From: Phycisphaerales bacterium
Lineage (GTDB): Bacteria; Planctomycetota; Phycisphaerae; WQYP01
Assembly: GCA_027451365.1 (NCBI GenBank)
Contig: DAIDJN010000059.1
Coordinates: 43,317-107,316, forward strand
Length of the DNA stretch: 64,000 bases
Direction of reading: 5' to 3'
The number at the start of each line of letters is the position of its first letter. The stretch's first letter is position 1. The position numbers and the translations under genes were made by a program. Shown piece by piece: positions 30,625-39,774 of this stretch. The notes beneath the pieces are model-generated. The model worked only from the letters and a program-made list of their open reading frames with translations. It searched no databases and was not told the DNA's origin.

Positions 30625-32041
30625 TCATTGGGGCGGCACGCCGGCCGCCGCCGTCTTCTCCGGGAAATATTTTTTCAGCTTCAGGAAGTGTTTCTCGTAA
30701 AGGTGGTAACTGGCGATCGCGACTCCAAATGTTAGCAACGCATTAGCCAGAATAAAAAACACCGAGCACCAAAGGTTGTTCTGGATTGCGGTGCTCATCC
30801 GCGGGACTCTGAAACATACAGCTCCCGTTAATCCCAATATAATCAGATGGTAGACATATATGCCGTACGCGTAGCCGCCGGCAATTCTAAACGGCCTCCA
30901 CGAAATGGCCCGCTTAAGCATTCCCGTCCCCGGGAGGGATGAATAGAGCACCGTGGCCGCGAACCCAGGCGAGAGGAGGGTGGGAAGGGCATCCAAGCCC
31001 CACGGACTGGATAAGGCTCTTATTGCTTTGTGCGATGACGCGGCCCCATAGGCGATCACCTGAGGCGGAATCGGGCCAATGACCGACCCAAAGAGCGGCC
31101 CAGCAAGCAGAATTGCTCCAATCAACAGCAGAATGGTGACTGAAATCCATGCGATGTTCCTCTGCAGCGGGGCAAGCAGCACGGGGTCGCGGGCCACCGC
31201 TGCGGCGACCGCCCCCATTGCTAGGGAGTCAAGCTGGCAGGGCGTAAAAAAATAATTAGCTTCGTTTGGGGTAGCTGCCAGCGTCAGTCCGAGGCGGCAC
31301 CCCAGGGCGAACACGGCCAACGCTAGACAAAATAGGACAAGCCGCCGCGGTGAAAGCAAGAATACTGCGACCGGCCAGAGGAGGTAGAACTGCTCCTCCA
31401 CCGCCAGCGACCAGAAATGTGTGAGCCAACTGGGGTTGAGGGAAAAAAAAAGCGATCCCGATATTGGTTGTGTAGGACCAGAGCCACGGCATAGCGGAAA
31501 GTATCGCGTGGGCGTTATGGTCACGGCTGTAGAATCCGGGAAGCGCCGCACGCAGCGCGGTGATGATGAAAAGCACGGCAAACAATACGCCGTAATAGAG
31601 CGGGAAGATACGCAGAAATCGCCGCGCGTAGAAATTGCGGTAATAGTTTAGCTGCCCTTTGCTATCCAAGAGTATCCCGGTGATCAGGAAGCCGGAAAGG
31701 ACAAAGAATAAATTGACGCCAATCCATCCCTGGAAGCTTGCAAGTTTGACGACGGCCACCGTACGGTTCGGCGGGGCCAGCCAAAAACCGTAGTGGCAAA
31801 CTAATACCAATAACACAGCGATGCCGCGGAGGCCGTCGAGGGCGGGAAAATGTTTGCGGCCGCTAAAGAAGGGATCCGCAGATCGTGGCTCTGCGGAGGA
31901 GTTAGGGGTTAGGAGTTGGGATTTAGGAGAGCTTTGAAGCGCTTCGCTTCCTTTTTCTTCTAACTTCTGACTTCCAACTTCTAACTTCTTTTCCGTCCCC
32001 TGGGTTCTGCCTTCTGTATTCTTATTATCTGTTTCGTTCAT
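30625..32041 (-). pseudogene. Acyltransferase 3 (OafA family) split by a frameshift in a T9 tract (phase-variable gene or sequencing error)
   Basis: N-half (PALDGLRGIA, GVNLFFVLSGF, FYARRFLRIFP) and C-half (HFWSLAVEEQFY, YAYGIYVYH) are in different frames, joined at the A9 tract 31443-31451; removing one base gives 471 aa. Confidence 0.85.
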
Positions 32042-32158
32042 TAAGTCTTGCCTATTGCCAATTGTTCTTTGTTGGGTGCCAGGTATTTTCTGGGGGGGCG
32101 TCGCATGCTTAGTCGGCGTCCTGGGTGGCGAATATTTTGGGGTCTTTGCTCTCGGCTT

Positions 32159-33322
32159 TCACGGCTTGCCGGATGCGGAAAGCTCTACAAGGCGGGCCCA
32201 GGTTCGGTCCCAGGTGAATTGCTCCGCCCGGCGCCGCGCTTTTTGGCCGTAGGACGCACGCAAATTCTGGTCCAAGATTAGATTTTTCAGTTGTGCGGCC
32301 AATTCCGCGGGTGCGTTGGGGTTAAAGAGGAATCCGGCGTCGCCCACTACCTCTGGGCTGCCGCCCGTCCGGGATGCGATGGTGGCAAGGCCCGAGGCCA
32401 TGGCTTCGATCGTGGCGAGCCCAAACTCTTCACGCTTGCGGGAGGGCGTAACGTGGATACTAGCCTTGCGGACCTCCGCCGCGATCTGGCGTCGGTCAAC
32501 ATGACCCGGCCGTCGAACCTGGACGCCGCGGAGTTCCAGCTTTGCGACCAAGTCTAATATCTCCTGCTCGTAGGCATCTACGCAACCTTGGGGAAGTTGA
32601 CTGGTGCCGAGGAGCTGGATCGAGAAGGCGTTCGTGGATTCGCTTAGAATAAGCGCCGCTTTGAGAAGGATGTCCGGCGCCTTGTCGCAGCGGATTCGGC
32701 CAACGTAATTAATAATCGGCAATTCATTGGGCGGGGTCGGAGCGGGCTTGAAATGTTCCAGGTCCACGCCATTGTAAAGGGGCCGCACGGTATTGGGCTT
32801 GAGCTTGTAGGCTGTCTCAACTTCCCGCGCGGCTGCGGCGCTCACCGCCATCACCAGGTCGGCGGATTGGCTGAGGCTGCCGCGGAAGGCGTCCCGCATG
32901 TAGTGGTTTGCGTTATGGAACAGGAGCAGGATTCGTGCCGCCGGCAGGATGCGTCGGAGGTAAATGGCCATCTCGGGATCGTTATGCAGTATTAGGCGGC
33001 CGTTTTCCATGCCGGCGTCCCTGACTGCTGCGGCAACGCGGCGAACATAGGTGCGCTGGCGCAAATAACGCCATCCGGTGACCTTTCGCTCCGCGCGAAA
33101 CGCAAATTTTAGCAGGGCGTTTTCCGGTGGCGGCGGGAATGGGACGAATGAGATGCGCCGCCAAGGATAGGGCTCGGCGGGGCTTGCTTTCGCTATTACC
33201 AGCGGTTCTACCCCGGCTTTTTGCGCAGCCTGGCACATTTCCCACAACCACATGCTGATGGCCGCTCCGGCGGAGGTTGGTGAAAATGGCTCGTCTGAAT
33301 AATTTATAAAGGTGAATTTCAT
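32159..33322 (-). CDS. GT4 glycosyltransferase
   Basis: LYNGVD, YVGRI..DKAP, EEFGLATIEAMASGLA. Confidence 0.88.
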   Translation of the reverse strand: MKFTFINYSDEPFSPTSAGAAISMWLWEMCQAAQKAGVEPLVIAKASPAEPYPWRRISFVPFPPPPENALLKFAFRAERKVTGWRYLRQRTYVRRVAAAVRDAGMENGRLILHNDPEMAIYLRRILPAARILLLFHNANHYMRDAFRGSLSQSADLVMAVSAAAAREVETAYKLKPNTVRPLYNGVDLEHFKPAPTPPNELPIINYVGRIRCDKAPDILLKAALILSESTNAFSIQLLGTSQLPQGCVDAYEQEILDLVAKLELRGVQVRRPGHVDRRQIAAEVRKASIHVTPSRKREEFGLATIEAMASGLATIASRTGGSPEVVGDAGFLFNPNAPAELAAQLKNLILDQNLRASYGQKARRRAEQFTWDRTWARLVELSASGKP

Positions 33323-34464
33323 GGATATTGGTGCTCAGCTATTGCCTTTTTGTAAGTCTCCAACAGCCGCGGTGCGACGGCCTTGCAGCTGAAATGTTCA
33401 TCGAATCGGCTGCGCGCGGCCTGGCGGAAACGCATGTTCGTGTCGGGGTCCAATAGCGCGATGATGTTTTCGGCCAGCTTTGCGTGATTGCCTACGGGCG
33501 AAACCATCCCCGCTTTGCCGTAGTCAACGGCTTCGGGCATGGACACATAGTCGCTGGTGGCGATGGCGCAGCCAGCGGCCATGGCTTCAAGCGTTACGTA
33601 AGAGAAGCAATCGCACGGGGTTGGATAGGCGAAAACATCGAAGCTGGGCATTATATCTCGCAACAGGCGGTCGCGATCAATCTGGCCCAGCCAGGTAACA
33701 CCCGCGATTTCGCCGAGGTCAGCTGGTCGGCCTCCACCCACGATCCAGAGTTCCGCTCGTGGCACGGCGGCTTTTACCGCCTGGAAGGCCTTAAGCAGGA
33801 CGCGGCCGCCCTTTGCATCGAAGTCGTTAGCCACGAAGCCGATGCGGGTGGGCAGGCGCGGTTCAATTGGCCGCAGGTCTGGCTCATGCATGATCGGGAT
33901 TACGTCAATTTTTTCTGGGCCGATTACATGGTGCGACACCAGCCAGTCGCGGTAATATTCCGTGTAGACGGCAACGCGCGCCGCCTGGGGCAGCGCGGCC
34001 GCACAGCTATTGACCCCCAGCATACGCGCCAGGAGCGTATCCGTACGAAGCATCCGTGACACTCCCGCGCGCGAGCGGACCCTTCTATCGATGTAAAGGT
34101 CGGTCTGGGGAGCCCCGCTGGTGACGACCAGGGGGCAGTCTATGCGCCAGAAGCCAGCGCTGAAGACATGGAGATGCACAGCATCGTAGGCGCCGGGGGC
34201 GAGGGAAAAATAGCGAAACGGTTCCCAGAATAGCCATCGCTTTGATCGCGCGATGTTAATAAGTTTATTGGCGGCCGTTGTGACGGGCTCGCGCCAGAAG
34301 CGGTTGCGTTTGGCGTTTTCGACAAGCCGCCCCGCGGCCAATGCGGAGGCATGTGTTTCGTATTCGACACCGGGCGGCGGGTGCCGCAGCAAGGTTTCGG
34401 TGTAGGTAATGTCCCCGCAGGGGGGATCCAGATCGCGTAATGGGCTGATCAGCAATACCCTCAT
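33319..34464 (-). CDS. GT4 glycosyltransferase
   Basis: FDAKGG, DCFSYVTLEAMAAGCAI. Confidence 0.85.
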   Translation of the reverse strand: MRVLLISPLRDLDPPCGDITYTETLLRHPPPGVEYETHASALAAGRLVENAKRNRFWREPVTTAANKLINIARSKRWLFWEPFRYFSLAPGAYDAVHLHVFSAGFWRIDCPLVVTSGAPQTDLYIDRRVRSRAGVSRMLRTDTLLARMLGVNSCAAALPQAARVAVYTEYYRDWLVSHHVIGPEKIDVIPIMHEPDLRPIEPRLPTRIGFVANDFDAKGGRVLLKAFQAVKAAVPRAELWIVGGGRPADLGEIAGVTWLGQIDRDRLLRDIMPSFDVFAYPTPCDCFSYVTLEAMAAGCAIATSDYVSMPEAVDYGKAGMVSPVGNHAKLAENIIALLDPDTNMRFRQAARSRFDEHFSCKAVAPRLLETYKKAIAEHQYP

Positions 34465-34506
34465 CGCTTCAGTATCCTTGAGTTAGTTATACCGCCAGGC
34501 ACCGGT

Positions 34507-35550
34507 CTATCCGCCTCGCGAGGCCGGGCTGGTCGAAGGGGCGAGTGGGGGCAGCCGTGCCGGCGCGGAATCTCCGGGACGAGTTCCGCTAAGTGGACTG
34601 CTCCAGTCGCGGCGGACGAGGCCGTGGTGTTCGTAATTTGGCTCGCGGCGCAGCTCGCGCAATAGACATCGGCGGGCGTGGAACTTTTCCAAGGGTTCGA
34701 GTTCCCAGGCGGGCATCGTTGGGGCTGTGATCCAGCCCGGGAGATGCCGCAGCCGTTCCCAACCCAGTTTGCACGCGGCGCGGTAAAACGCCAGGCGAGG
34801 CCACCGGCGACGCTGGTGTTCCCAATGGTGTTCGACGTAGGCCGCGAATTCCCCGCGTTTATACGCCTGGCGTGCGAATGATTGCCGCGAAAGCCGCCCG
34901 GGTTCCAGGTGGTGTTCAACCTCTATGTCCAGGTGGGTGACGATGCGAAAGCCGGCCTGGCGAACCTGCAGCCAGAATAAGGTGTCCTCCGCGTGTCCCA
35001 GTGCGCCTGGGCCTACTTCGGGATCGAAGCCGGGCACGGCGGTTAAGACGCGGCGGCTAACCGCCATGTTCGCGCCGATGAGCGGCATATTGGTGTTTTT
35101 CGGCAAGTCCTCGGTGCTGGCGAGCCAGCCGCGCTGTGCGGCGGTCAGCCAGGGCCTGCGTAATGATGAGGCTAATCTGATGCCACCGGCGACGGCATCG
35201 GCGCTTCCATCCAGAATCGGCCGGGTTAATTTTTCAATCCAATCTGCGGGGACGTGCACATCGTCGTCCGTAAACATAAGGACGTCGCCGGTCGCGGTCG
35301 AAAGGCCCTTGTTGAGGGCTACGGATTTTCCGGGGGTGCCCACGAATAAATGACGAAGCGTCAGCCTGCCGCACGAGTTGCCGAATGCCTTGAGCACGTC
35401 GGCGGTCTGGTCACGCGATCCGTTGTCAATAACGATCAGTTCGGCCGACATCCCGGCGGGGATTTCGATATCCGCCAGCGCTTCCAATGTTGCCTGGAGA
35501 TGCGTGGCGCGGTCCCGTGTGCAGATTAAGATTGATATTGTATGAGACAA
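34507..35550 (-). CDS. GT2 glycosyltransferase
   Basis: ISILICTRDR, VIDNGSRD, FTDDD, GANMA, GHAED. Confidence 0.88.
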   Translation of the reverse strand: MSHTISILICTRDRATHLQATLEALADIEIPAGMSAELIVIDNGSRDQTADVLKAFGNSCGRLTLRHLFVGTPGKSVALNKGLSTATGDVLMFTDDDVHVPADWIEKLTRPILDGSADAVAGGIRLASSLRRPWLTAAQRGWLASTEDLPKNTNMPLIGANMAVSRRVLTAVPGFDPEVGPGALGHAEDTLFWLQVRQAGFRIVTHLDIEVEHHLEPGRLSRQSFARQAYKRGEFAAYVEHHWEHQRRRWPRLAFYRAACKLGWERLRHLPGWITAPTMPAWELEPLEKFHARRCLLRELRREPNYEHHGLVRRDWSSPLSGTRPGDSAPARLPPLAPSTSPASRGG

Positions 35551-35603
35551 TTAACGGCAACCTCTATCGTTTCGCAAGTTTCAGGCCTCCTGGCTTGCCA
35601 AGT

Positions 35604-36395
35604 TCAGGCGTTGTTCCATTTGGCTTCTTCCCGCAGGTGGATTCCCAACGGGCCGTCGCAAAGCTGTGACTCGTCGGCGTAGATCGCCGTGAGGCGGGTT
35701 CGCGCGACGAGGATGTAGCCCCGTTGCCGGAGGAAAGACGATATCTCTGAACTTCCCGGCTCGGAGAGCGATTTAAGGCCAATTTCCTCGGCCAATACAA
35801 AAGTGGGGTGGAATTGTTCCCAGTCGTTCGATTGCAGTGCCTCAAGGTCCATGCCTTCCACATCCACGGAGAGAAAATCAATCCGTTGCGATTCAGGCAG
35901 GTGTTCCTTTAGGATTATTGCGAGCGGCATGGCCGGTATTTCGCGCTTTCCAATGATTCGATGCTTACCAGAAAAATCCCGGCTCTCACAGAGTTCGCGG
36001 TCGAAGCCGTTGAGCAGCGGCTCGTCGAAGCAATGGTAGGTGAGCGATCCGGGGCTGCGAGCAATCGCCATTTCAAGGTTAATGTCGCGCGGTCGTTCGG
36101 GGTCGAAAAGAGCCTTCATTCCCGGGCGCGGATCGATGTTTATTCCGTGCCATCCGCGCTGGTAGAAATAGCAGGTGTTTGAAAATCGCCATGGGTCGTG
36201 TGCGCCGACGTCGACGTAAAAGCCAGCGCGGCGATGAAGCACGGACCCGAGGAGCGCCCCTAAAATAAGATCTTCCCCTTCTTGCGCGTAGCTGAGCGCC
36301 GCATGCGGGCTGATATAGGCCTCACGCAGCGAGCGTTTCATCCAACCTGGGACGAAACTTTTTGCGGCTCGCACAAGGGGCGAACTTCTCAACAT
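35604..36395 (-). CDS. FkbM family methyltransferase
   Basis: YAQEGED, FYVDVGAHDP..FSNT, GWHGINIDP, IDFLSVDVEGMD; start at MLRSSP behind GGAG. Confidence 0.9.
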   Translation of the reverse strand: MLRSSPLVRAAKSFVPGWMKRSLREAYISPHAALSYAQEGEDLILGALLGSVLHRRAGFYVDVGAHDPWRFSNTCYFYQRGWHGINIDPRPGMKALFDPERPRDINLEMAIARSPGSLTYHCFDEPLLNGFDRELCESRDFSGKHRIIGKREIPAMPLAIILKEHLPESQRIDFLSVDVEGMDLEALQSNDWEQFHPTFVLAEEIGLKSLSEPGSSEISSFLRQRGYILVARTRLTAIYADESQLCDGPLGIHLREEAKWNNA

Positions 36396-36405
36396 TTGGA
36401 AACTC

Positions 36406-37671
36406 CTAGATTGCTGAACCGGTGTTGGGTTGTGTCTGACTCCACTGGGCCTCCAAAAGCAGAGGTGCGTCGCCCTCGAATCCGCGTGAGCCAGTTCCGT
36501 AGAAATCTCCGGCCTCGACATCGAGCTGCGCGACAGGGTCCCTCGGGAAGTCCGCCTCGGTGCCGGCAACGACGATTCGCGCATGCACGGCGTATCGACC
36601 GGCTGCCAACGGCAAACGCCCGACGGAGCACCGGAACTCGCTGACACCGGCGCCGGCCGTAAACGTGCGCGACTGGTACGATCCGTAAAAGACCGAGAGC
36701 AGTTGCCCGGTGTAGGAGGTAAAGGACATGCCGATGTCGACCTTGGGCACCGGACGCGAATCTGGATTTTCGCAGTTGAAGACGAATTGGAGGGCCATGC
36801 CGGAAAGGGCGGAGCGGATTGTCTTGCCGTGATCGTTCTCGAGCCGGAATTCAGTGATTCGCAAGGCCCCCGTTCCGCTGCGGGCGACGTCCTTTCTGAT
36901 AGTTATGCGGTCGGCGGCTTGTGGATTGGCGGCCCGCAGGTAGGAGTCGATTGCGGTCCTGACTGGGCCCGAGCCTGCGACGTTGCCTCGCTCCAGAAAA
37001 ATAGCCTTGTTGCAGAGACCGGCCACCGAGGCCATGTTGTGGCTGACAAACAATACGGTCCGGCCACTTTTGCTTACATCCTGCATTTTGCCAAGGCATT
37101 TGTTCTGGAATTCGCTATCGCCCACGGACAGAACTTCATCCACAATTAAAATTTCGGAACTTAAATGGGCGGCTACCGCAAAGGCCAATCGCACATACAT
37201 GCCGCTGGAATAACGCTTTACCGGAGTGTCCAGAAATTTTTCCACGCCCGCGAAATCCACTATGGCGTCGAACTGTTTTCGTATTTCAGACTTTCGCATG
37301 CCCAGAATGGCGCCGTTAAGGAAAATATTTTCCCGGCCGGTAAGTTCCGGGTGAAAGCCCGTGCCTACCTCCAGCAGACTGCCGACGCGGCCGAAAAGGT
37401 CGATCTGGCCACGGGTTGGTTCGGTGATGCGGCTTAAGATTTTAAGGAGTGTGCTTTTGCCCGCCCCGTTGCGGCCAATAACGCCCACGACATCGCCTTC
37501 CTGAACGTCAAAGGAGATATCGTTTAACGCCCAGAAGGTTTCGCGGGTGGGGCGGCGGAATGGGTTTTTAAGGCGCGCCAACGCGGCCTCGGCCAGGGTG
37601 ACGTGGTCGGGGGCGTTGTGGCGAATGGTGTAGGATTTGGCTAAACCTTGGACGCTGATGGCGATAGACAT
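36406..37671 (-). CDS. wzt: Polysaccharide ABC transporter ATP-binding protein with Wzt C-terminal domain
   Basis: GRNGAGKST, LLEVGTGFHPELTGRENI, YSSGMYVRLAF, VDEVLSVGD; C-terminal beta domain. Confidence 0.92.
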   Translation of the reverse strand: MSIAISVQGLAKSYTIRHNAPDHVTLAEAALARLKNPFRRPTRETFWALNDISFDVQEGDVVGVIGRNGAGKSTLLKILSRITEPTRGQIDLFGRVGSLLEVGTGFHPELTGRENIFLNGAILGMRKSEIRKQFDAIVDFAGVEKFLDTPVKRYSSGMYVRLAFAVAAHLSSEILIVDEVLSVGDSEFQNKCLGKMQDVSKSGRTVLFVSHNMASVAGLCNKAIFLERGNVAGSGPVRTAIDSYLRAANPQAADRITIRKDVARSGTGALRITEFRLENDHGKTIRSALSGMALQFVFNCENPDSRPVPKVDIGMSFTSYTGQLLSVFYGSYQSRTFTAGAGVSEFRCSVGRLPLAAGRYAVHARIVVAGTEADFPRDPVAQLDVEAGDFYGTGSRGFEGDAPLLLEAQWSQTQPNTGSAI

Positions 37672-37681
37672 AGTGGGGGTC

Positions 37682-37880
37682 CAGAAAACAGAAGACAGAA
37701 AACAGAAGACAGAAGGCAGAAGACAGGAGGCAGAAGACGGAAGACGGAAAACAGAAGGCAGAAGACAGAAAACAGAAGGCAGAAGGCAGAAGACAGAAGA
37801 CAGAAGACAGAAAACAGAAGACAGAAGGCAGAAGACAGAAGACGGAAGACAGAAGGCAGAAAACAGAAGACGGAAGACAG
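37682..37880. repeat. 28 x 7-bp tandem repeat CRGRARR (mostly CAGAAGA)
   Basis: Counted directly; lies between the four-helix-bundle stop and the wzt start. Confidence 0.95.
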
Positions 37881-37917
37881 TTTGAGGCGCCGGGCTTGTG
37901 TTTTGGTTCCTGATTTC

Positions 37918-38295
37918 TTATTCACCTATTTTTGATACATTCGCAAGGATGGCGGCACGGTAGCTGTGCAACAATCGGGCAACTTCCTGACAGTTTTGCC
38001 ATAGGGCTTCTTTATTCAGATGGCCCAGGTCGTGGGAAAGGATTAAATAATAGCGACATTCTTCAAGTGATCCTTCTGCGGTATTAAGGAATTTGGCCTT
38101 GTCGGGTCTGGTTTGCTTGCCGAAGCCTTCAGCAATATTGGCGGAAATTGACACCGCGGCACGGCGAAATTGTGATACAAGGCCGTAGAGTTCATCCTTG
38201 GGGAATTTTCTGGTGGCAATATATACTTGAAGCGTGAACGCGTGTGCTTTTTGCCAGACAATTAGATCTTGAAAGGAAGAAGCGGGCGGCGGCAT
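37918..38295 (-). CDS. Four-helix-bundle protein (23S rRNA IVP / Avd-like family)
   Basis: SFQDLIVWQKAH...FPKDELYGLVSQFRRAAVSISANIAEG...FLNTAEGSLEECRYYL..DLG; AGAAAGG RBS; 125 aa. Confidence 0.93.
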   Translation of the reverse strand: MPPPASSFQDLIVWQKAHAFTLQVYIATRKFPKDELYGLVSQFRRAAVSISANIAEGFGKQTRPDKAKFLNTAEGSLEECRYYLILSHDLGHLNKEALWQNCQEVARLLHSYRAAILANVSKIGE

Positions 38296-38310
38296 GGGGG
38301 ACCTTTCTAA

Positions 38311-38808
38311 AAGAAGACAGAAGGCAGAAGACAGAAAACAGAAGGCAGAAGACAGGAGGCAGAAGACAGGAGGCAGAAGACGGAAGACAGAAGGCAGAAG
38401 AGTTTTGAAGCGCTTCGCTTCCGTTTTCTTCTCTTTTCTGGCTTCTTCGTCGCCGGGTTCTTCGTGTCTTCGTGGTGAACTCGGTCGTATCGTTGCGTCG
38501 TCGTGCCGTTGTGGTGAAATCCGTCGCCTTCTGCCTTCTGTCTTCTGTCTTCTGTTTTCTGGCTTCTTCGTCGCCGGGTTCTTCGTGCCTTGGTGCCTTC
38601 GTGGTGAATCGTCATCTTCTGTTTTCTGTTTTCTGACTTCTGCCTTCTGTTTTCTCTTTTCTGGCTTCTTCGTCACCGGGTTCTTCGTGACTTCGCGTCG
38701 GAGTTTATCCCGACGCATCGGGATGGTGAATCGTCGTCTTCTGTTTTCTGTTTTCTAGCTTCTGTTTTCTGACTTCTGCCTTCTGTTTTCTCTTTTCTGG
38801 CTTCTTCG
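38311..38808. repeat. Composite inverted-repeat array between wzm and the four-helix-bundle gene
   Basis: 13 CAGAAGA-type units (38311-38401), hairpin at 38407-38421, then inverted TCTTCTG tracts within ~4 higher-order units (TTTTCTGGCTTCTTCGTCGCCGGGTTCTTCGTG). Confidence 0.9.
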
Positions 38809-39750
38809 TTAAATAACGTCCGCGAAACGGCGTTCCATTTTCTTAAACAGCATCAGCCCGCTGGCGAACAGGATAATGGCGCACGCGGCGCTCCAGACGG
38901 TGGGGCCGACCAGAAGATGCCCACGGCCCAACAGCGACCAGCGAATGGCGGACAACATGCCCGTAAGGGGGTTGGCACAGTACCAGGGATAAACCCAAAG
39001 TTTGTGGTCTTTAAGGAGCTTGGCGTGAACCGAGGCCAGCGAATAGCCAACCGGGCTGGCATACATAAGCATCTGCATGAATACCGGCAGAATGTATTGA
39101 ATATCGCGATAGCTGACGGCCAACGCGCTGGTGACCATGCCGATGCCCAGCGCGGCCATAAGCATAATTGCGATCCAGATCGGGAGCAGCAGAATGCCGA
39201 CGCCGGGGTTCACACGGTAAATCAGCAGCAGGATAAGCAATACGGAAAAGGCACAGCAGAAGTCCACAATAACGGAAAGACTGCTGGCGACCGGAAGAAT
39301 AACCCGTGGGAAAAAGACCTTGGAAACCAGGTTGGAATTTGCGACCATGCAGGTGCTGGACCGGCTGATGGTGTTGGCGAACAGGTTCCAGCCCAGCAGG
39401 CCGGCGAAGGAAAGGACGAAGTAGGGGGTTCCGGAGCTTTTCATGTGGCCCAGAACGCCGAACACGAACGTGAAAATTAACGCGCCCAGCAGGGGCTGCA
39501 ACACGACCCAGGCGACGCCAAGAATCGTTTGCTTGTAGCGGAGTTTCAGGTCGCGGCCGGCGAGGGAAAAAAGCAGGTCGCGGAATTCCCAGACTTCAAT
39601 AAGGTCTACAAATTTCCAGGGCTTGCTGGGCCGAATGGTAAGGTGCGCGCGGCGCGCGGGCGCAGCGGGGGAAGGCGCCGCGACCACGGCGACTGCCGAT
39701 GGCGACGATTGGGCGGGATCGTTGGTAAGTGAATTCGGAAGTTCAGTCAT
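38809..39750 (-). CDS. wzm: Polysaccharide ABC transporter permease
   Basis: RDLKLRYKQTILGVAWVVLQP, LVSKVFFPR, YRDIQYI, NPL, FKKMERRFADVI. Confidence 0.92.
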   Translation of the reverse strand: MTELPNSLTNDPAQSSPSAVAVVAAPSPAAPARRAHLTIRPSKPWKFVDLIEVWEFRDLLFSLAGRDLKLRYKQTILGVAWVVLQPLLGALIFTFVFGVLGHMKSSGTPYFVLSFAGLLGWNLFANTISRSSTCMVANSNLVSKVFFPRVILPVASSLSVIVDFCCAFSVLLILLLIYRVNPGVGILLLPIWIAIMLMAALGIGMVTSALAVSYRDIQYILPVFMQMLMYASPVGYSLASVHAKLLKDHKLWVYPWYCANPLTGMLSAIRWSLLGRGHLLVGPTVWSAACAIILFASGLMLFKKMERRFADVI

Positions 39751-39774
39751 GGTTATCCAAAGAGGTTAGGGTGA

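Noticed and set aside
36396..36647. 84-aa N-terminal extension of the FkbM ORF overlapping wzt
   Set aside because: The ATG at 36395 with a GGAG RBS immediately follows the wzt stop; the overlap is unnecessary.
37918..38295. Diversity-generating retroelement (Avd-like gene)
   Set aside because: No reverse transcriptase in the window and no TR/VR pair with adenine-specific mismatches; only the Avd-like fold is shared.
37637..38758. ORFs 37637-37885, 37641-37925, 37648-37935, 38294-38758, 38307-38615 and the 141-aa N-terminal extension of the four-helix ORF
   Set aside because: These are stop-free translations of purine/pyrimidine heptamer repeats; a good RBS precedes the ATG at 38295.
37682..38808. 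23S rRNA gene with an intervening sequence
   Set aside because: The flanks are wzm and wzt; no rRNA sequence is present.
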